Virus record (IMG/VR): IMGVR_UViG_3300017681_000001
Location: 1 to 64,000 of that record
Reading direction: 5' to 3' (one strand)
Source: a virus
DNA: 64,000 nucleotides
Part shown: one piece after another, positions 34,939 to 44,177 of the stretch
Numbering within the stretch: the first letter of the stretch is position 1
Layout of the letters: the number at the start of each line of letters is the position of its first letter
The notes under the pieces: model-generated
The model's database searches: none
Seen by the model: the letters and a program-made list of their open reading frames with translations, nothing else
Told to the model about the DNA's origin: nothing
Made by a program: the position numbers and the translations under genes

Positions 34939-35592
34939 ATGTCCGTCACCAGCCTCGCCCGATACGGCACGACCGAGACGCCGGACATCGTCCGCGCCCA
35001 GAACCGCAAGCGTCGCTTCGCCGACCGCAAGCTCCTGAACAAAGAGCGCGCCGCCTACAATCAGCGCATCGCCGCCGCGAAGCCCCTGGTGAGCTTCGAC
35101 GCCGATGACGCCCGGCGCCTCATGGACCTGGCCCGCACCGATGATCGGTCCGGCAGCTTCTGGCGCAAGATGGCCCTGGCGCACCGCGAGGGCGATCAGA
35201 TGCAGGTCCGCGTTGAGCCCGAGGCCGCCAAGGTCTGGGCCGCCTGGATGCGCCTGCCGGGTGTCGATGCCTTCGGCCCCACCCTGACGCAGGTTGAAGC
35301 CGCCGCCGGCCTCAAGCCGAGCAAGGGCGCCGCCATCGCGCTTCACATCAACGACTTCCTCGCGACGCTCGTCGCTCTTGAGGCCGATGCCGCCGCCAGC
35401 ATCCCCGACGCCGGGCCGGCTGCGAACTTCCTGCGCCTGAAGGCCTGCTTCGAGCGAGGCCTCATCCACGTCTACGTGACCCCGGCCCGCGCCGCCCGGC
35501 TCGCCGACGTGTTCGCCGCCGCTGGCATCGCCCGCACTCACATCGTCGCCCTGGACCGCATCGCCGGCCGGCCCGAGCCGCGCGCCTTCTAG
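34939..35592 (+). CDS. Hypothetical early-left protein
   Basis: The ATG at 34939 has GGAG 11 nt upstream. An alternative ATG lies at 34924. Confidence 0.5.
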   Translation: MSVTSLARYGTTETPDIVRAQNRKRRFADRKLLNKERAAYNQRIAAAKPLVSFDADDARRLMDLARTDDRSGSFWRKMALAHREGDQMQVRVEPEAAKVWAAWMRLPGVDAFGPTLTQVEAAAGLKPSKGAAIALHINDFLATLVALEADAAASIPDAGPAANFLRLKACFERGLIHVYVTPARAARLADVFAAAGIARTHIVALDRIAGRPEPRAF

Positions 35593-35669
35593 GCTCGCCC
35601 CCCGCGCGCCCTTGGGCGCCCTGCCCCTCCCGCTTCGTCCCGATCCCCTGTCCACCCCGCGAGGTTGCC

Positions 35670-36134
35670 ATGAGCAATGCGCCCAGCCTGACGCCCAAAG
35701 ACGTCCGCGACCAAGTCGAAGACACCTGCAAGGCTCTCCGTGCCTTCGCCGAAACGGTCATTGCCGTGGCGATCGGCGGCGAGACGACCGACGGGGCCGG
35801 GCCCGTGTCGCTGAAGGCGGCCTCGACGCAGCGCATCAGCGCCGAACTCGCCCTGGACGACTTCCGCAGCGTGCTCGTTGAAGCTCTGACGGGCGCGATG
35901 CCGCCCAGCTACGTCAACAGCACCGATCTGGCGAAGGCGCTCACCGGTCGGTTCGAGGACAACGACATCGCCGCCGGGCGCCGCCCCGCCTCCCCGCTCA
36001 GCACGGCCATGCGCCGCGCCGACGAGGCCGAGCGCGCCGAGCGCCGGGCCATCGCCGACGCTCATGCCCGCGGCGAATCCATCTGCGCCGCCCTCGGCCT
36101 CGACCTCCCTCTCACGCTTCGGGGATCGCTGTGA
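35670..36134 (+). CDS. Hypothetical protein
   Basis: 154-aa ORF with GAGG upstream. Confidence 0.5.
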   Translation: MSNAPSLTPKDVRDQVEDTCKALRAFAETVIAVAIGGETTDGAGPVSLKAASTQRISAELALDDFRSVLVEALTGAMPPSYVNSTDLAKALTGRFEDNDIAAGRRPASPLSTAMRRADEAERAERRAIADAHARGESICAALGLDLPLTLRGSL

Positions 36135-36385
36135 TGTCCAATGCTCTTGACCGCTACGAAAACGGCATGGGCTTCGGCCTCCTGCTGGGCAACGTCACCG
36201 CCGCAGAGAGCCTGATCGGCGCACTGCTCGCGCAGGCCGCCGTCATTGCGGAGCACGGCAGCTGCGACTCTCACGGGATCATGGTGAGCCGGACGCGCGC
36301 GCTGGCGGCCCAGGCGGCCAAGCTCGCCGCCGTTCTGGACGAAGCCGCCGGCGCCCTGCCCGTCACCCTTCGGAAGGCCGCCTGA
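36131..36385 (+). CDS. Hypothetical protein
   Basis: 84-aa ORF. GTGATG overlap with the upstream stop. Confidence 0.45.
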   Translation: MMSNALDRYENGMGFGLLLGNVTAAESLIGALLAQAAVIAEHGSCDSHGIMVSRTRALAAQAAKLAAVLDEAAGALPVTLRKAA

Positions 36386-36386
36386 C

Positions 36387-36527
36387 ATGGCCGCCGCTCA
36401 CATCGTCTTCGGCGTCCTCGCCGTGGTGGTGATCCTCGCCATCGCCCTCGTCGCCTCCCGCATCCCGGCCTTCATCCAGGACGAGCGGGACCACCGTGAT
36501 CTCCGTGATTTCGAGGTCGGCCCATGA
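36387..36527 (+). CDS. 46-aa single-TM peptide
   Basis: MAAAHIVFGVLAVVVILAIALVASRIPAFIQDERDHRDLRDFEVGP. It falls below the ORF-track cutoff and is chained by an ATGA overlap. Confidence 0.35.
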   Translation: MAAAHIVFGVLAVVVILAIALVASRIPAFIQDERDHRDLRDFEVGP

Positions 36528-36670
36528 TCCCGCGCCCTCCCTACCTCACCGCCTGCAACGACAATTGGCCGACGGTCGACATGACCCGGTTCACACTCAT
36601 GGGCTTCGCCGTCGCCCTGATCGGGACGATCGGCGCCCTCACCCTCATCGCGTGCGGGGTACTGCTGTGA
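36524..36670 (+). CDS. 48-aa single-TM peptide
   Basis: MIPRPPYLTACNDNWPTVDMTRFTLMGFAVALIGTIGALTLIACGVLL. It is chained by ATGA and GTGA overlaps. Confidence 0.35.
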   Translation: MIPRPPYLTACNDNWPTVDMTRFTLMGFAVALIGTIGALTLIACGVLL

Positions 36671-36966
36671 TCTCCAAAAAGGCCGTGTTCGGCCTGCCCC
36701 TCCCGATCTCCCATGGCGTTCGGCCCGACAGCAGCACGTACATCGTGTGTGGCGAGCCGCCCGATCATGGGCGGTCCTTCACCTTCTCCGGATCCCCGAA
36801 GGAAGCTCTCGCGCTTGCGCAGCTGCTGAACGCCGCCCCGACGATCCTGGCCGCCCTCAAGGCCGTCCGGTCCGATTGCCGCGATCCCGACACCGATGCC
36901 GGCATTTCGCCCGCCGCTGGCGAGCTCGTCGACGAAGCCCTCCAAGCCCTGGGAGTCCGCCCGTGA
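36667..36966 (+). CDS. Hypothetical protein
   Basis: The GTG at 36667 overlaps the upstream TGA. 99 aa. Confidence 0.4.
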   Translation: MISKKAVFGLPLPISHGVRPDSSTYIVCGEPPDHGRSFTFSGSPKEALALAQLLNAAPTILAALKAVRSDCRDPDTDAGISPAAGELVDEALQALGVRP

Positions 36967-38042
36967 GCGCACAGGAACTCATCACCATCCCGTCGCCCCA
37001 GACGGCCCTTCAGGTCTTCTCGACCGAGGGCGGGATCGACCCGCTGATCGAGCGCGTCCGCGAGCGTGTCGCGGATCTCCCGACCGACATCTCCACGGCC
37101 AAAGGACGCGCGGAGTTGAGGGCCAACGCCTTCCTCATCACGAGGACGAAGACGGCGCTGGAGGCCCGGGGCAAGGAGCTGGCGGCCGAGCAGAAGCTGA
37201 TCCCCGGTAGGATCGACGCCTGCCGCCGCAGGACGTGGGCCGCGCTCGAGGCGATCCACGACGCGTACCGCAGGCCCCTGACCGAATGGGAGGATGCGGA
37301 GAAGGCCCGGAAGGCACGGCACCGCGCCGAGATCGACCGCATCTACGCGCTGCCGAAGGACTCCGCGACGGCGGACGAGATCGCCGCGACCATCGATAGC
37401 GCCGAGGGGATCATCATCGGCGCCGATCTCAAGGAGTTCACGGCCGAGTATGCCGTCGCCAAGGACACGGCCTTGCGCGAACTCCGCGCGAAGCTGGCCG
37501 AGCGTCTTAGGCTCGACGCCGAGGAGGCCGAGCGCGCCCGGCATCTTCAGGAAGCCCAAGAGCGGGCCGCACGGGAGCGTGAGGACCGCATCCGAGCCGA
37601 GGCCGTCGCCGCGGAGCGCGCCCGCGCGGAACGGGATGCCGCAGAAGAGCGCGCCCGGGTCGAGCGCGGGGCTGCCGCCGAGCGCCATCGCGTGGAGATG
37701 GAAGTCGCCCGCGCCGAGGCTGCGGCGAGGGCCGAGCGCGAGGCTGCGGACCGCCGGGAGCGCGAGCTGCGCGAGGCCGCAGAGTCAGACCGTCGGCGCG
37801 CCGTCGATGCCGAGCGCCGGGCCGCCGAAGCGGAACAGCGCGCTAGAGAAGAAGCCAAGGCGGAAGCCGACCGCATCGCCGCCGAGGCCAAGCGCCGGGA
37901 GGACGACACCCGGCGGCGGGCGAAGGTCGAGCGCGAGGCTGTGGCCGCCCTGGTTGCCGATGGCATCGCCGAGGACATCGCCAAGCGAGCCTTTGCGCTG
38001 ATCGCCCGTCGGGCGGTCCCGCACGTCTCCATCGCGTACTGA
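36963..38042 (+). CDS. DUF1351-like protein with a long E/R/A-rich coiled coil
   Basis: GTGA-coupled start. N-terminus reads ELITIPSPQTALQVFSTEGGIDPLIERVRERV. The C-terminal half is ERARAERDAAEERARVERGAAAER...-type low complexity. Confidence 0.5.
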   Translation: MSAQELITIPSPQTALQVFSTEGGIDPLIERVRERVADLPTDISTAKGRAELRANAFLITRTKTALEARGKELAAEQKLIPGRIDACRRRTWAALEAIHDAYRRPLTEWEDAEKARKARHRAEIDRIYALPKDSATADEIAATIDSAEGIIIGADLKEFTAEYAVAKDTALRELRAKLAERLRLDAEEAERARHLQEAQERAAREREDRIRAEAVAAERARAERDAAEERARVERGAAAERHRVEMEVARAEAAARAEREAADRRERELREAAESDRRRAVDAERRAAEAEQRAREEAKAEADRIAAEAKRREDDTRRRAKVEREAVAALVADGIAEDIAKRAFALIARRAVPHVSIAY

Positions 38043-38052
38043 GGGCTGGCCC

Positions 38053-38544
38053 ATGAGAGCCGCAGAGCCCCGCCGCGCGGTGCCCATGAAACTGCAGCGC
38101 GACCTCGCCCTGAAGCTGGTTGCCGACCTCATGCGCAAGCTCGGCATGCTGCCGCCCGAGGCCGAGCCGTCGTTCCAGCTTGATCACGCCCCGGCGCTCG
38201 CCCTACGCGCCGTCGACGAGGCCACGGGCGAACACGTCCCGCACCAGCACGACCCGGCCTATCTGGTCTGGCTGACGAAGGAGGCTCACGCCGCCAAGAC
38301 CTTCGGGACGGGCGCCACTACGCGCGGGGCCGACGCGGGCGATATCGCGCACAGCCGCCGGCTCAGCGCGAAGGAGATCGAGTTCCGGGCCCGTCTCCTG
38401 GCGCGCGACACCGGGGTCGAGCCGCCGGAGCCGAAGCGGCGCAAGGCCAAGATCGCCCAGCGCCCGAAGAGGCCGCCGCGCCAGCAGCGCAGCGCCTCGA
38501 CCATCCCCGAAAAGCTCGCCATCACCTACCAGAGGGACCGCTGA
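38053..38544 (+). CDS. Hypothetical protein with a basic C-terminus
   Basis: 163-aa ORF. LDHAPAL...WLTKEAHAAKT only vaguely recalls HNH and lacks the Cys residues. Confidence 0.45.
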   Translation: MRAAEPRRAVPMKLQRDLALKLVADLMRKLGMLPPEAEPSFQLDHAPALALRAVDEATGEHVPHQHDPAYLVWLTKEAHAAKTFGTGATTRGADAGDIAHSRRLSAKEIEFRARLLARDTGVEPPEPKRRKAKIAQRPKRPPRQQRSASTIPEKLAITYQRDR

Positions 38545-38545
38545 G

Positions 38546-38899
38546 ATGCCTCGCATCACCCTGTCGGACCGGGTCATTGGTGCCCGCATCCGTGAAGCCC
38601 GCCAGCGCAAAGGCATCCATCAATCAGAGCTTGGTGCCTCGGTCGGAGTTCACGGCACCACCGTCGGCCAATGGGAGCGGGGTGAGATTGCTCTGGCAGA
38701 GGGTCGGATCTTTCCCGTCGCCGAAGCGCTCGGGATCGAGCCCGCCCGGCTGTTCCCCCTCGATGTCGTTGAGGTCACCGCCGATGAGCGCGACCTACTC
38801 GAGGCCTACCGCCGGATCGGCCTCAACTCGACCGGTAAGGCCTCGATTCACCGCATCATGGCGGCGATCGAGACGGGACGGGAGGCGGCGTCATGCTGA
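38546..38899 (+). CDS. XRE-family HTH protein
   Basis: IGARIREARQRKGIHQSELGASVGVHGTTVGQWERGE is a canonical HTH_3 pattern. Confidence 0.7.
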   Translation: MPRITLSDRVIGARIREARQRKGIHQSELGASVGVHGTTVGQWERGEIALAEGRIFPVAEALGIEPARLFPLDVVEVTADERDLLEAYRRIGLNSTGKASIHRIMAAIETGREAASC

Positions 38900-39282
38900 G
38901 GCCGTCAGATCTCTCCGGCTTCGATCTCCCGAAGCTCGCCGCTGATCTCGAGGCGACCGCCCTGCGCCAAGACCGGTGCCGGCGCCTTGCTGACCGGTTC
39001 GACGTTTCGCCCGACTACACCGGGACCACGGCGTCCGTTTCGCACATCGACGCCGACGCGGCGGCCACCGCCGAGGCCGCGCGCCTCGTGTCCCTGGTCC
39101 GTCGATTCGCGGCCGATGAGGCAAGCGGTCGCCCGTCCGTTGGGGTTGTTCCGCTCCGCGTCGTCCCGCGCCCGGCGCCCCGGCCCGGCATCTTCGCTCG
39201 CACGATGGCCGCGCTCGGCCGGCCCGCCGGCAAATCCTCGTCGACCGATTCCCTCCCCGCTTCTGAAAGGGCCCAGGCATGA
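38893..39282 (+). CDS. Hypothetical protein
   Basis: 129-aa ORF overlapping its neighbours by a few nt. Confidence 0.45.
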   Translation: MLRPSDLSGFDLPKLAADLEATALRQDRCRRLADRFDVSPDYTGTTASVSHIDADAAATAEAARLVSLVRRFAADEASGRPSVGVVPLRVVPRPAPRPGIFARTMAALGRPAGKSSSTDSLPASERAQA

Positions 39283-40460
39283 CTGCGGACGCCAACACCC
39301 CAAACCTCACCCCCGAGGGACAGCGGCTCGCCGATGCGCTGGACGTGATCCTGCACGTCACGGACATCCCGCAGCACAAACGGGAGGACGCGGAGTTCCT
39401 GCGCGGCGTCGTCTGCTGCGCACGGGATTACGCTCGTGCCGCGTCTCAGGAGTTGCCCGCCGCGCTCCTGCTGACCGCGCCTGAGGGCGAGGGGGCGGGG
39501 CTGCGGGAGGCTGACGCCAGAAATTGGTCTGTCGCGTCGAGCTTCCCGCACACCGCAGAGTCGTCCGCTGCGTGGATGGACAGCGCTGCCATGTTCTCGC
39601 GCAATGCGGACTTCTACCGCGGGATCGTGGTGCAGATCGGCGAGATGTTCGGCGACGCCGCCAAGACAAGCGACGATGGCTCGCTTCAGCACAGCGTTCT
39701 TGCTTTGAAGGTTCCCGGTCTGGTCGCCGCCGCCCTCGCCAAAACCGCCCCGATGGGTGAAGACGAGACGGGGGTGCGAGAGGCGTGGTCTCTCACCGGA
39801 GTATCATCGAGCGGATTTGGGTGGTCTAACAGCGAATGGTTCAGAGCTTCTGACGGTGAACGCAAGTCGTTTCCTATAGGGTTCAACCCGAATACAGGCG
39901 TCTACGAGAATTTTAATTTCGTCAGCAACGCCGCCCCCCAGCCGCCCAAGGCCGAGGCGCCGCCGACCCCCGCTGACGTCTATTACGCCAGAGGCAATTT
40001 CTACCACATGGATACGCAATGCGGGATGGGGAACGATTTCTACCACCTCTGGCGGTCCCGATCCGGCGAGTTCCCTTCCATGCCCCAACCCAAGGCCGAG
40101 ACGCCGGCAGGGGTGGCCGGAGGTGCGCCCGTCTCTCCTCTGCTCGCCTCCTGCATGCCGCCGCTTCCTGACGGTCTCGTTTACGTCCGGACACCCGACG
40201 ATAAATTCACTGTCCAACAGAAGCCCGTCTCTACGAACTATACGATGACCGCCGCCCTCTCCGCCGCTCCAGCGGCACGGCCTCGAGACGAGGTGTCCGG
40301 GTTCGTGCTGGTGCCGCGCGAGCCGACGCCAGCTATGAACCGGGCGGGAGCACAGACTTTCGGCGGACAGGGCGACAATGCAGACGCCCGCTACGAATGT
40401 GCCGTGATGTACCGGGCCATGCTCGCCGCCGTACCGGCCGCTGACGGGGGCTTGGCTTGA
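39279..40460 (+). CDS. Hypothetical protein
   Basis: 393 aa. The C-terminus GFVLVPREPTPAMNRAG...YRAMLAA recalls a motif common in prophage early proteins. Confidence 0.5.
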   Translation: MTADANTPNLTPEGQRLADALDVILHVTDIPQHKREDAEFLRGVVCCARDYARAASQELPAALLLTAPEGEGAGLREADARNWSVASSFPHTAESSAAWMDSAAMFSRNADFYRGIVVQIGEMFGDAAKTSDDGSLQHSVLALKVPGLVAAALAKTAPMGEDETGVREAWSLTGVSSSGFGWSNSEWFRASDGERKSFPIGFNPNTGVYENFNFVSNAAPQPPKAEAPPTPADVYYARGNFYHMDTQCGMGNDFYHLWRSRSGEFPSMPQPKAETPAGVAGGAPVSPLLASCMPPLPDGLVYVRTPDDKFTVQQKPVSTNYTMTAALSAAPAARPRDEVSGFVLVPREPTPAMNRAGAQTFGGQGDNADARYECAVMYRAMLAAVPAADGGLA

Positions 40461-40807
40461 TGGGCGCGATCACATCAACGGTCTTTCGGCGCGACGCCCC
40501 GTGCTTCAATATGGTCGGGCAGAAATTACCCGACCACTTTCAGGATACCGACGAGCAAATCAGCGCCGGTCTTGTTAGGAGACTGTATCGATATGCGCTT
40601 CGCAAGCTTGTGAGTAGCGGATTTAATGTGTCGGAATGGTCCTGTGAAGTCTATGCGATGGATCAGGATCTTCCGCCATCAGAGAGGTACTATATTGTAG
40701 AGTTCAGCAACGATATGGGCGGCATGATTGGCGTTCAGGGCATCCTTACGCTTAAAGGTCATCCGCATATTAACCACGGTATTTGCTGTGATTGGGGACG
40801 TCCATGA
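40460..40807 (+). CDS. Hypothetical protein, lower GC
   Basis: TGATG-coupled ATG. Line 40621-40680 is about 48% GC by my count. Confidence 0.5.
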   Translation: MGAITSTVFRRDAPCFNMVGQKLPDHFQDTDEQISAGLVRRLYRYALRKLVSSGFNVSEWSCEVYAMDQDLPPSERYYIVEFSNDMGGMIGVQGILTLKGHPHINHGICCDWGRP

Positions 40808-41382
40808 ACGCCCCCGAAGACCAGAACGGCCTGCGCGAGGCGCTGGCGTACCCGCAATGGCGAGAAGTCGTCCGTCTGCTGGAAAACTGTACGCACCCAC
40901 TGGACGGGCCGGCCCTTCGATTGTTTCGCGATGAGGGCCGCCTGATCCTTGAGGCGCTTAACCTCGTCATCGCCGAGCGGGATGCGGCGGTGCAACTCGC
41001 CTACGATCTGAAGTACGCGGCGGCCGGCGGCGAGGACGCTCCCGGCTCCGCCAACGCCGTCGCAGTCGCGGACGTAGACCGATGGCGACGCGAGGCCACA
41101 ACCCGCATCAGCGCCGCCGAAGCCGAACTGGACGAGGAGCGCCAGGAGTCCGCACGCCTCGCGCTCGCGGTGACGGAGCGGCAGGCCGAGATCGCGCGGC
41201 TGAAGCGCGATGCTGAGGCGGCCAGCGCCCGACACAGCAAGACGGACATCTTCGGCATCGCCTTGCATGCGCTCGAGGCCGGCTTGCCAGGGATAAAGCC
41301 TGTAGTTCGGGATGCTGTCGCCAGAACCATTGCTCTCCGCATTCGATCTTCATTCGCCCAGAAGGAGCACCCCCATGGCTGA
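40804..41382 (+). CDS. Hypothetical coiled-coil protein
   Basis: ATGA-coupled ATG at 40804. Confidence 0.5.
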   Translation: MNAPEDQNGLREALAYPQWREVVRLLENCTHPLDGPALRLFRDEGRLILEALNLVIAERDAAVQLAYDLKYAAAGGEDAPGSANAVAVADVDRWRREATTRISAAEAELDEERQESARLALAVTERQAEIARLKRDAEAASARHSKTDIFGIALHALEAGLPGIKPVVRDAVARTIALRIRSSFAQKEHPHG

Positions 41383-41821
41383 GACACAGAGCGCGCCGAG
41401 CTTGCGGGAGCTTTCTGAGGCGGCGACGCAGGGCGAGTGGCGTTGCGTCGAAAGCACCAGTTACGGCCATGTGTGGAGCGACACGCGCGAGCTGGGGATC
41501 TGGGATCAGGGCGAATGGCTAGGCCCGGCGCGATCTCAAGGTTATTGCAATGCCGCTTTCGTCACCCGGCTCGTTTCTGACTTCCGCGCCGGCCGCCTCA
41601 TCGATCCCACCACCCTAACCGAGGCTGTCGCCGCCGCACGGGCTGAAGGTGTCCGCGAGGGGCTGGAGCGGGCGGCGGGGATTGCCGAGTGCTTGACGGA
41701 CGCGATTGATGACCTGCGCGTGATCCGCGACATCCACAACGTTACCGCTTGTCAAGAGCGGTACGAGACCACTCTTGCGGCCTACCGTGCCCTCACCCCC
41801 GGAGGCCGGACCGATGGCTAA
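41375..41821 (+). CDS. Ead/Ea22-like protein (weak call)
   Basis: LSEAATQGEWRCVES resembles the AATPGPW motif of Ead/Ea22-like proteins. Confidence 0.4.
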   Translation: MAETQSAPSLRELSEAATQGEWRCVESTSYGHVWSDTRELGIWDQGEWLGPARSQGYCNAAFVTRLVSDFRAGRLIDPTTLTEAVAAARAEGVREGLERAAGIAECLTDAIDDLRVIRDIHNVTACQERYETTLAAYRALTPGGRTDG

Positions 41822-42044
41822 GGGCACGGGACTGACGAGCCGACAGGTCGATAAGGCGTATCGGCTGTTCTACGGCGATGGAATGACCCTGCGGATGGTC
41901 ATGCAGGAGTTGGGCTGCGGCCTCTATGATCTCACGCCCTGGCTGACGGCGCCCGCCGGTCGCATCGCAGCGGCGGCCATTGAAGATGAGCGCTCTCGTG
42001 TTGCCGGCCGCGCCGCCCTCGCTGAACGCGGAGGGGCGGAGTGA
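41814..42044 (+). CDS. Hypothetical small protein
   Basis: MAKGTGLTSRQVDKAYRLFYGDGMTLRMVMQELG, HTH-like. Confidence 0.4.
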   Translation: MAKGTGLTSRQVDKAYRLFYGDGMTLRMVMQELGCGLYDLTPWLTAPAGRIAAAAIEDERSRVAGRAALAERGGAE

Positions 42045-42340
42045 TGCGCAAGGCAGACCAAGCGCGGCTGGACCGCATGAATACCGCCTATCACGAGTGG
42101 GCGCAAAGCCCTGGCGGCCAACGGTACGGCAATGATCCTTGGGCCGCATTCCAAGCGGGGTACCTGACCGCAATCGACCAAGAGCCCTACCCGGCGAACA
42201 AGATCCCGATGCCGCAGAACGCGGACCAAGCCGTGGGGATGTGGCTCACCGGGGAAAGTTGGGTTCGGCACAACGCACCTGAGCGGTTGCGTCCCTCCCC
42301 CACCAGTCCCGGAGCGCAAGAGGATCGGAGCGATGGGTAG
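42041..42340 (+). CDS. Hypothetical protein
   Basis: 99-aa ORF, translationally coupled. Confidence 0.4.
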   Translation: MMRKADQARLDRMNTAYHEWAQSPGGQRYGNDPWAAFQAGYLTAIDQEPYPANKIPMPQNADQAVGMWLTGESWVRHNAPERLRPSPTSPGAQEDRSDG

Positions 42341-42659
42341 AGCACCACTCAATCCGCCGGCCGTTCGGTTTCGGCTTGATCCGGTCTATGCGCCGCCGGA
42401 GAAGATTGCCCGTCTAATGTCGCTCACCCCGGCGCAGTTCGCGAATTGCTGCCCTCGCCTCTACGCGCGCGGCTTCCCCGTGCCCGACGAAACGACCGGC
42501 ATGTACGACATCGAGGCTGTCCAGCGTTGGCGTAAGCGCCAGCGCCCGGACCTCTATCCGGAATTGACGCTGACTCACGCGGAGCCGATCAAGACGCCAC
42601 CACGCAAGAGCATGGGGGATCGCTTTGCCGAGGCCCAGGAGCGCCGCCGGAATGGTTGA
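42333..42659 (+). CDS. Putative excisionase / DNA-binding protein (by position)
   Basis: 108 aa, immediately upstream of int and overlapping it by 8 nt. Confidence 0.35.
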   Translation: MGRAPLNPPAVRFRLDPVYAPPEKIARLMSLTPAQFANCCPRLYARGFPVPDETTGMYDIEAVQRWRKRQRPDLYPELTLTHAEPIKTPPRKSMGDRFAEAQERRRNG

Positions 42660-43914
42660 CCTTCCGACCTACGTGAAAGCGTACCGGAAGCCCTCCGGCC
42701 GCATGTTCTACTATTACGAGCGATACCGGAACACGGATCGCGCCTGGCCGCGCATCGCCCTGCCCTTCGGGCCGCAGACGCCGGAGTTCTGGCGTATGTG
42801 CGACTTGCTGAAGGCGGTGGATGCGACCCGCGACGGCGACGGCTGGGAATGGGCCTGGGCGCCCGAGAGTGGCCGGCGTTACCCTTTACCCTCTCCGCAG
42901 GGCGAGGGCGGCACTGAGGCCTTCCGGCTCGCCCTGGAAGCCGCACGGACCCGCGAGAGCCTAGGCGACGCGACGGACCGCAAAACCTTCCGCGCGCTCG
43001 TGGCTGAGTACAAGGCGCATGCCTCCTACGAGAAGCTGGCCGACCTCACGAAGCTCGACTACGACCGGCACCTGGGCATGATCGACGAGCTATGGGGCGA
43101 CGACCCCGTGGCCGATCTCACGACGATGGACGCCCAGCGGGCTATCGACTCGTTCCAAAAGGCGCCCACGGTTGCGCGCTACTTCCGCGCCGTCCTGTCC
43201 CGCCTCATCGCGTTCGGCATTCCGCGCGGCTACAGCGCCCTCAACGTCGCCCGGCCAACCGAGAAGATCGAGCACGAGGCCGAGCCGCACGAGCCCTGGC
43301 CTGATTGGGCTTTCGAGCTGTTCTGCGAGCACGCTCGGCCAGCACTGATCCTGCCCGTGTTCTCCGCGTTCTACACCGGCCAGCGGTCGGTGGACGTGAT
43401 CACGATGAAGCGCCCCGAGGGCGGCGAAATCAGCCTCATCGCCCGGAAGACGAAGAAGCTCGTGTGGCGGCCGATCCACTCGGAATATGCGGACATCATC
43501 GCCGCGCGCTCGCCCGGTACGTCGGAGGCCCTACACCTCAACGAGGATGGCTCGCCCATGACGCTCGCGGGCTTCCGCACGGCCTGGCAGCGCGACATGA
43601 CGTCGATGAACGCCAAGGGCCAGCCCACGTCCGCGTCGCCGGCCAAGAAGGCGGCCATGAAGCGCATCCGCGACGCCGGGCTCGTGTTCCATGGGCTGCG
43701 GAAGAACGCCGTCAATACGCTTCTGGAGGTCGGATGCACTGAGGCCGAGGTGTCGGCGATCGTGGAGATGTCCGAACAGATGGTGCGACATTACAGCCGC
43801 GACGTGAACAAGCGCAGGCTGGCGATCAGCGGCTCCCTAAAGATGGAACAGGGCTGGTCGGAGACGCGGAAAAGGATCTTCGGAAAGGCGCTGGAGCCAG
43901 TGCAATCGGCGTGA
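42652..43914 (+). CDS. int: Tyrosine integrase
   Basis: C-terminus HGLRKNAVNTLLEVGCTEAEVSAIVEMSEQMVRHYSRD carries the R..H..R..Y catalytic-domain pattern. It lies adjacent to the tRNA-derived att core. Confidence 0.85.
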   Translation: MVDLPTYVKAYRKPSGRMFYYYERYRNTDRAWPRIALPFGPQTPEFWRMCDLLKAVDATRDGDGWEWAWAPESGRRYPLPSPQGEGGTEAFRLALEAARTRESLGDATDRKTFRALVAEYKAHASYEKLADLTKLDYDRHLGMIDELWGDDPVADLTTMDAQRAIDSFQKAPTVARYFRAVLSRLIAFGIPRGYSALNVARPTEKIEHEAEPHEPWPDWAFELFCEHARPALILPVFSAFYTGQRSVDVITMKRPEGGEISLIARKTKKLVWRPIHSEYADIIAARSPGTSEALHLNEDGSPMTLAGFRTAWQRDMTSMNAKGQPTSASPAKKAAMKRIRDAGLVFHGLRKNAVNTLLEVGCTEAEVSAIVEMSEQMVRHYSRDVNKRRLAISGSLKMEQGWSETRKRIFGKALEPVQSA

Positions 43915-43916
43915 GT

Positions 43917-44177
43917 TTGGAAACCCGACGTGATACCTTGGAAACCGTTCTGATTTGCCAGGCGCCGCCGGAGCGCCCCAGGAGGCGAAATTCCCCTTAA
44001 GGATCAACGGACATGACCGAGATTTGTGGTGAGCGCGCTGGGGCTCGAACCCAGGACCTACAGATTAAAAGAAACTCGTTCGCGGAAATAACGTGTTTAG
44101 AAACAGGGTTGGCGGTTGCCAACGGCCTAGACGAGAACGGGGGAAATTGTGGCCTAGCGGGGGGCGGTTTGGAAACC
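43917..44177. promoter_or_regulatory. attP-like region: tRNA-derived core flanked by TTGGAAACC arm repeats
   Basis: TTGGAAACC at 43917-43925, 43938-43946 and 44169-44177. A degenerate TTAGAAACA lies at 44097-44105. The core is at 44027-44071. Confidence 0.55.
44027..44071 (-). other. 3' 45 nt of tRNA-Lys(UUU): anticodon loop to CCA, a fragment only (att core)
   Basis: The reverse complement reads CTTTTAA-TCTGT-AGGTC-CTGGG-TTCGAGC-CCCAG-CGCGCTC-A-CCA. There is no complementary 5' anticodon-stem, D-arm or acceptor strand upstream. Confidence 0.75.

Noticed and set aside
37500-37960. Repetitive GAG/CGC/GCC-rich DNA that might be a tandem repeat array or CRISPR-like feature
   Set aside because: It encodes a continuous E/R/A coiled coil within ORF 36963-38042. 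It has no regular repeat-spacer periodicity and no cas genes. I saw no CRISPR array anywhere in the window.
38053-38544. A second HNH endonuclease (LDHAPAL … EAHAAKT)
   Set aside because: It lacks the Cys/His metal ligands and the N of the HNH motif. The resemblance is too weak to call.
44027-44100. A complete tRNA-Lys gene next to the integrase
   Set aside because: Only the 3' portion (anticodon loop, variable loop, T-arm, acceptor 3' strand, CCA) is present. The 5 nt before the loop (AGTTT) cannot pair with TCTGT. No GAGCGCG acceptor 5' strand or D-arm follows.
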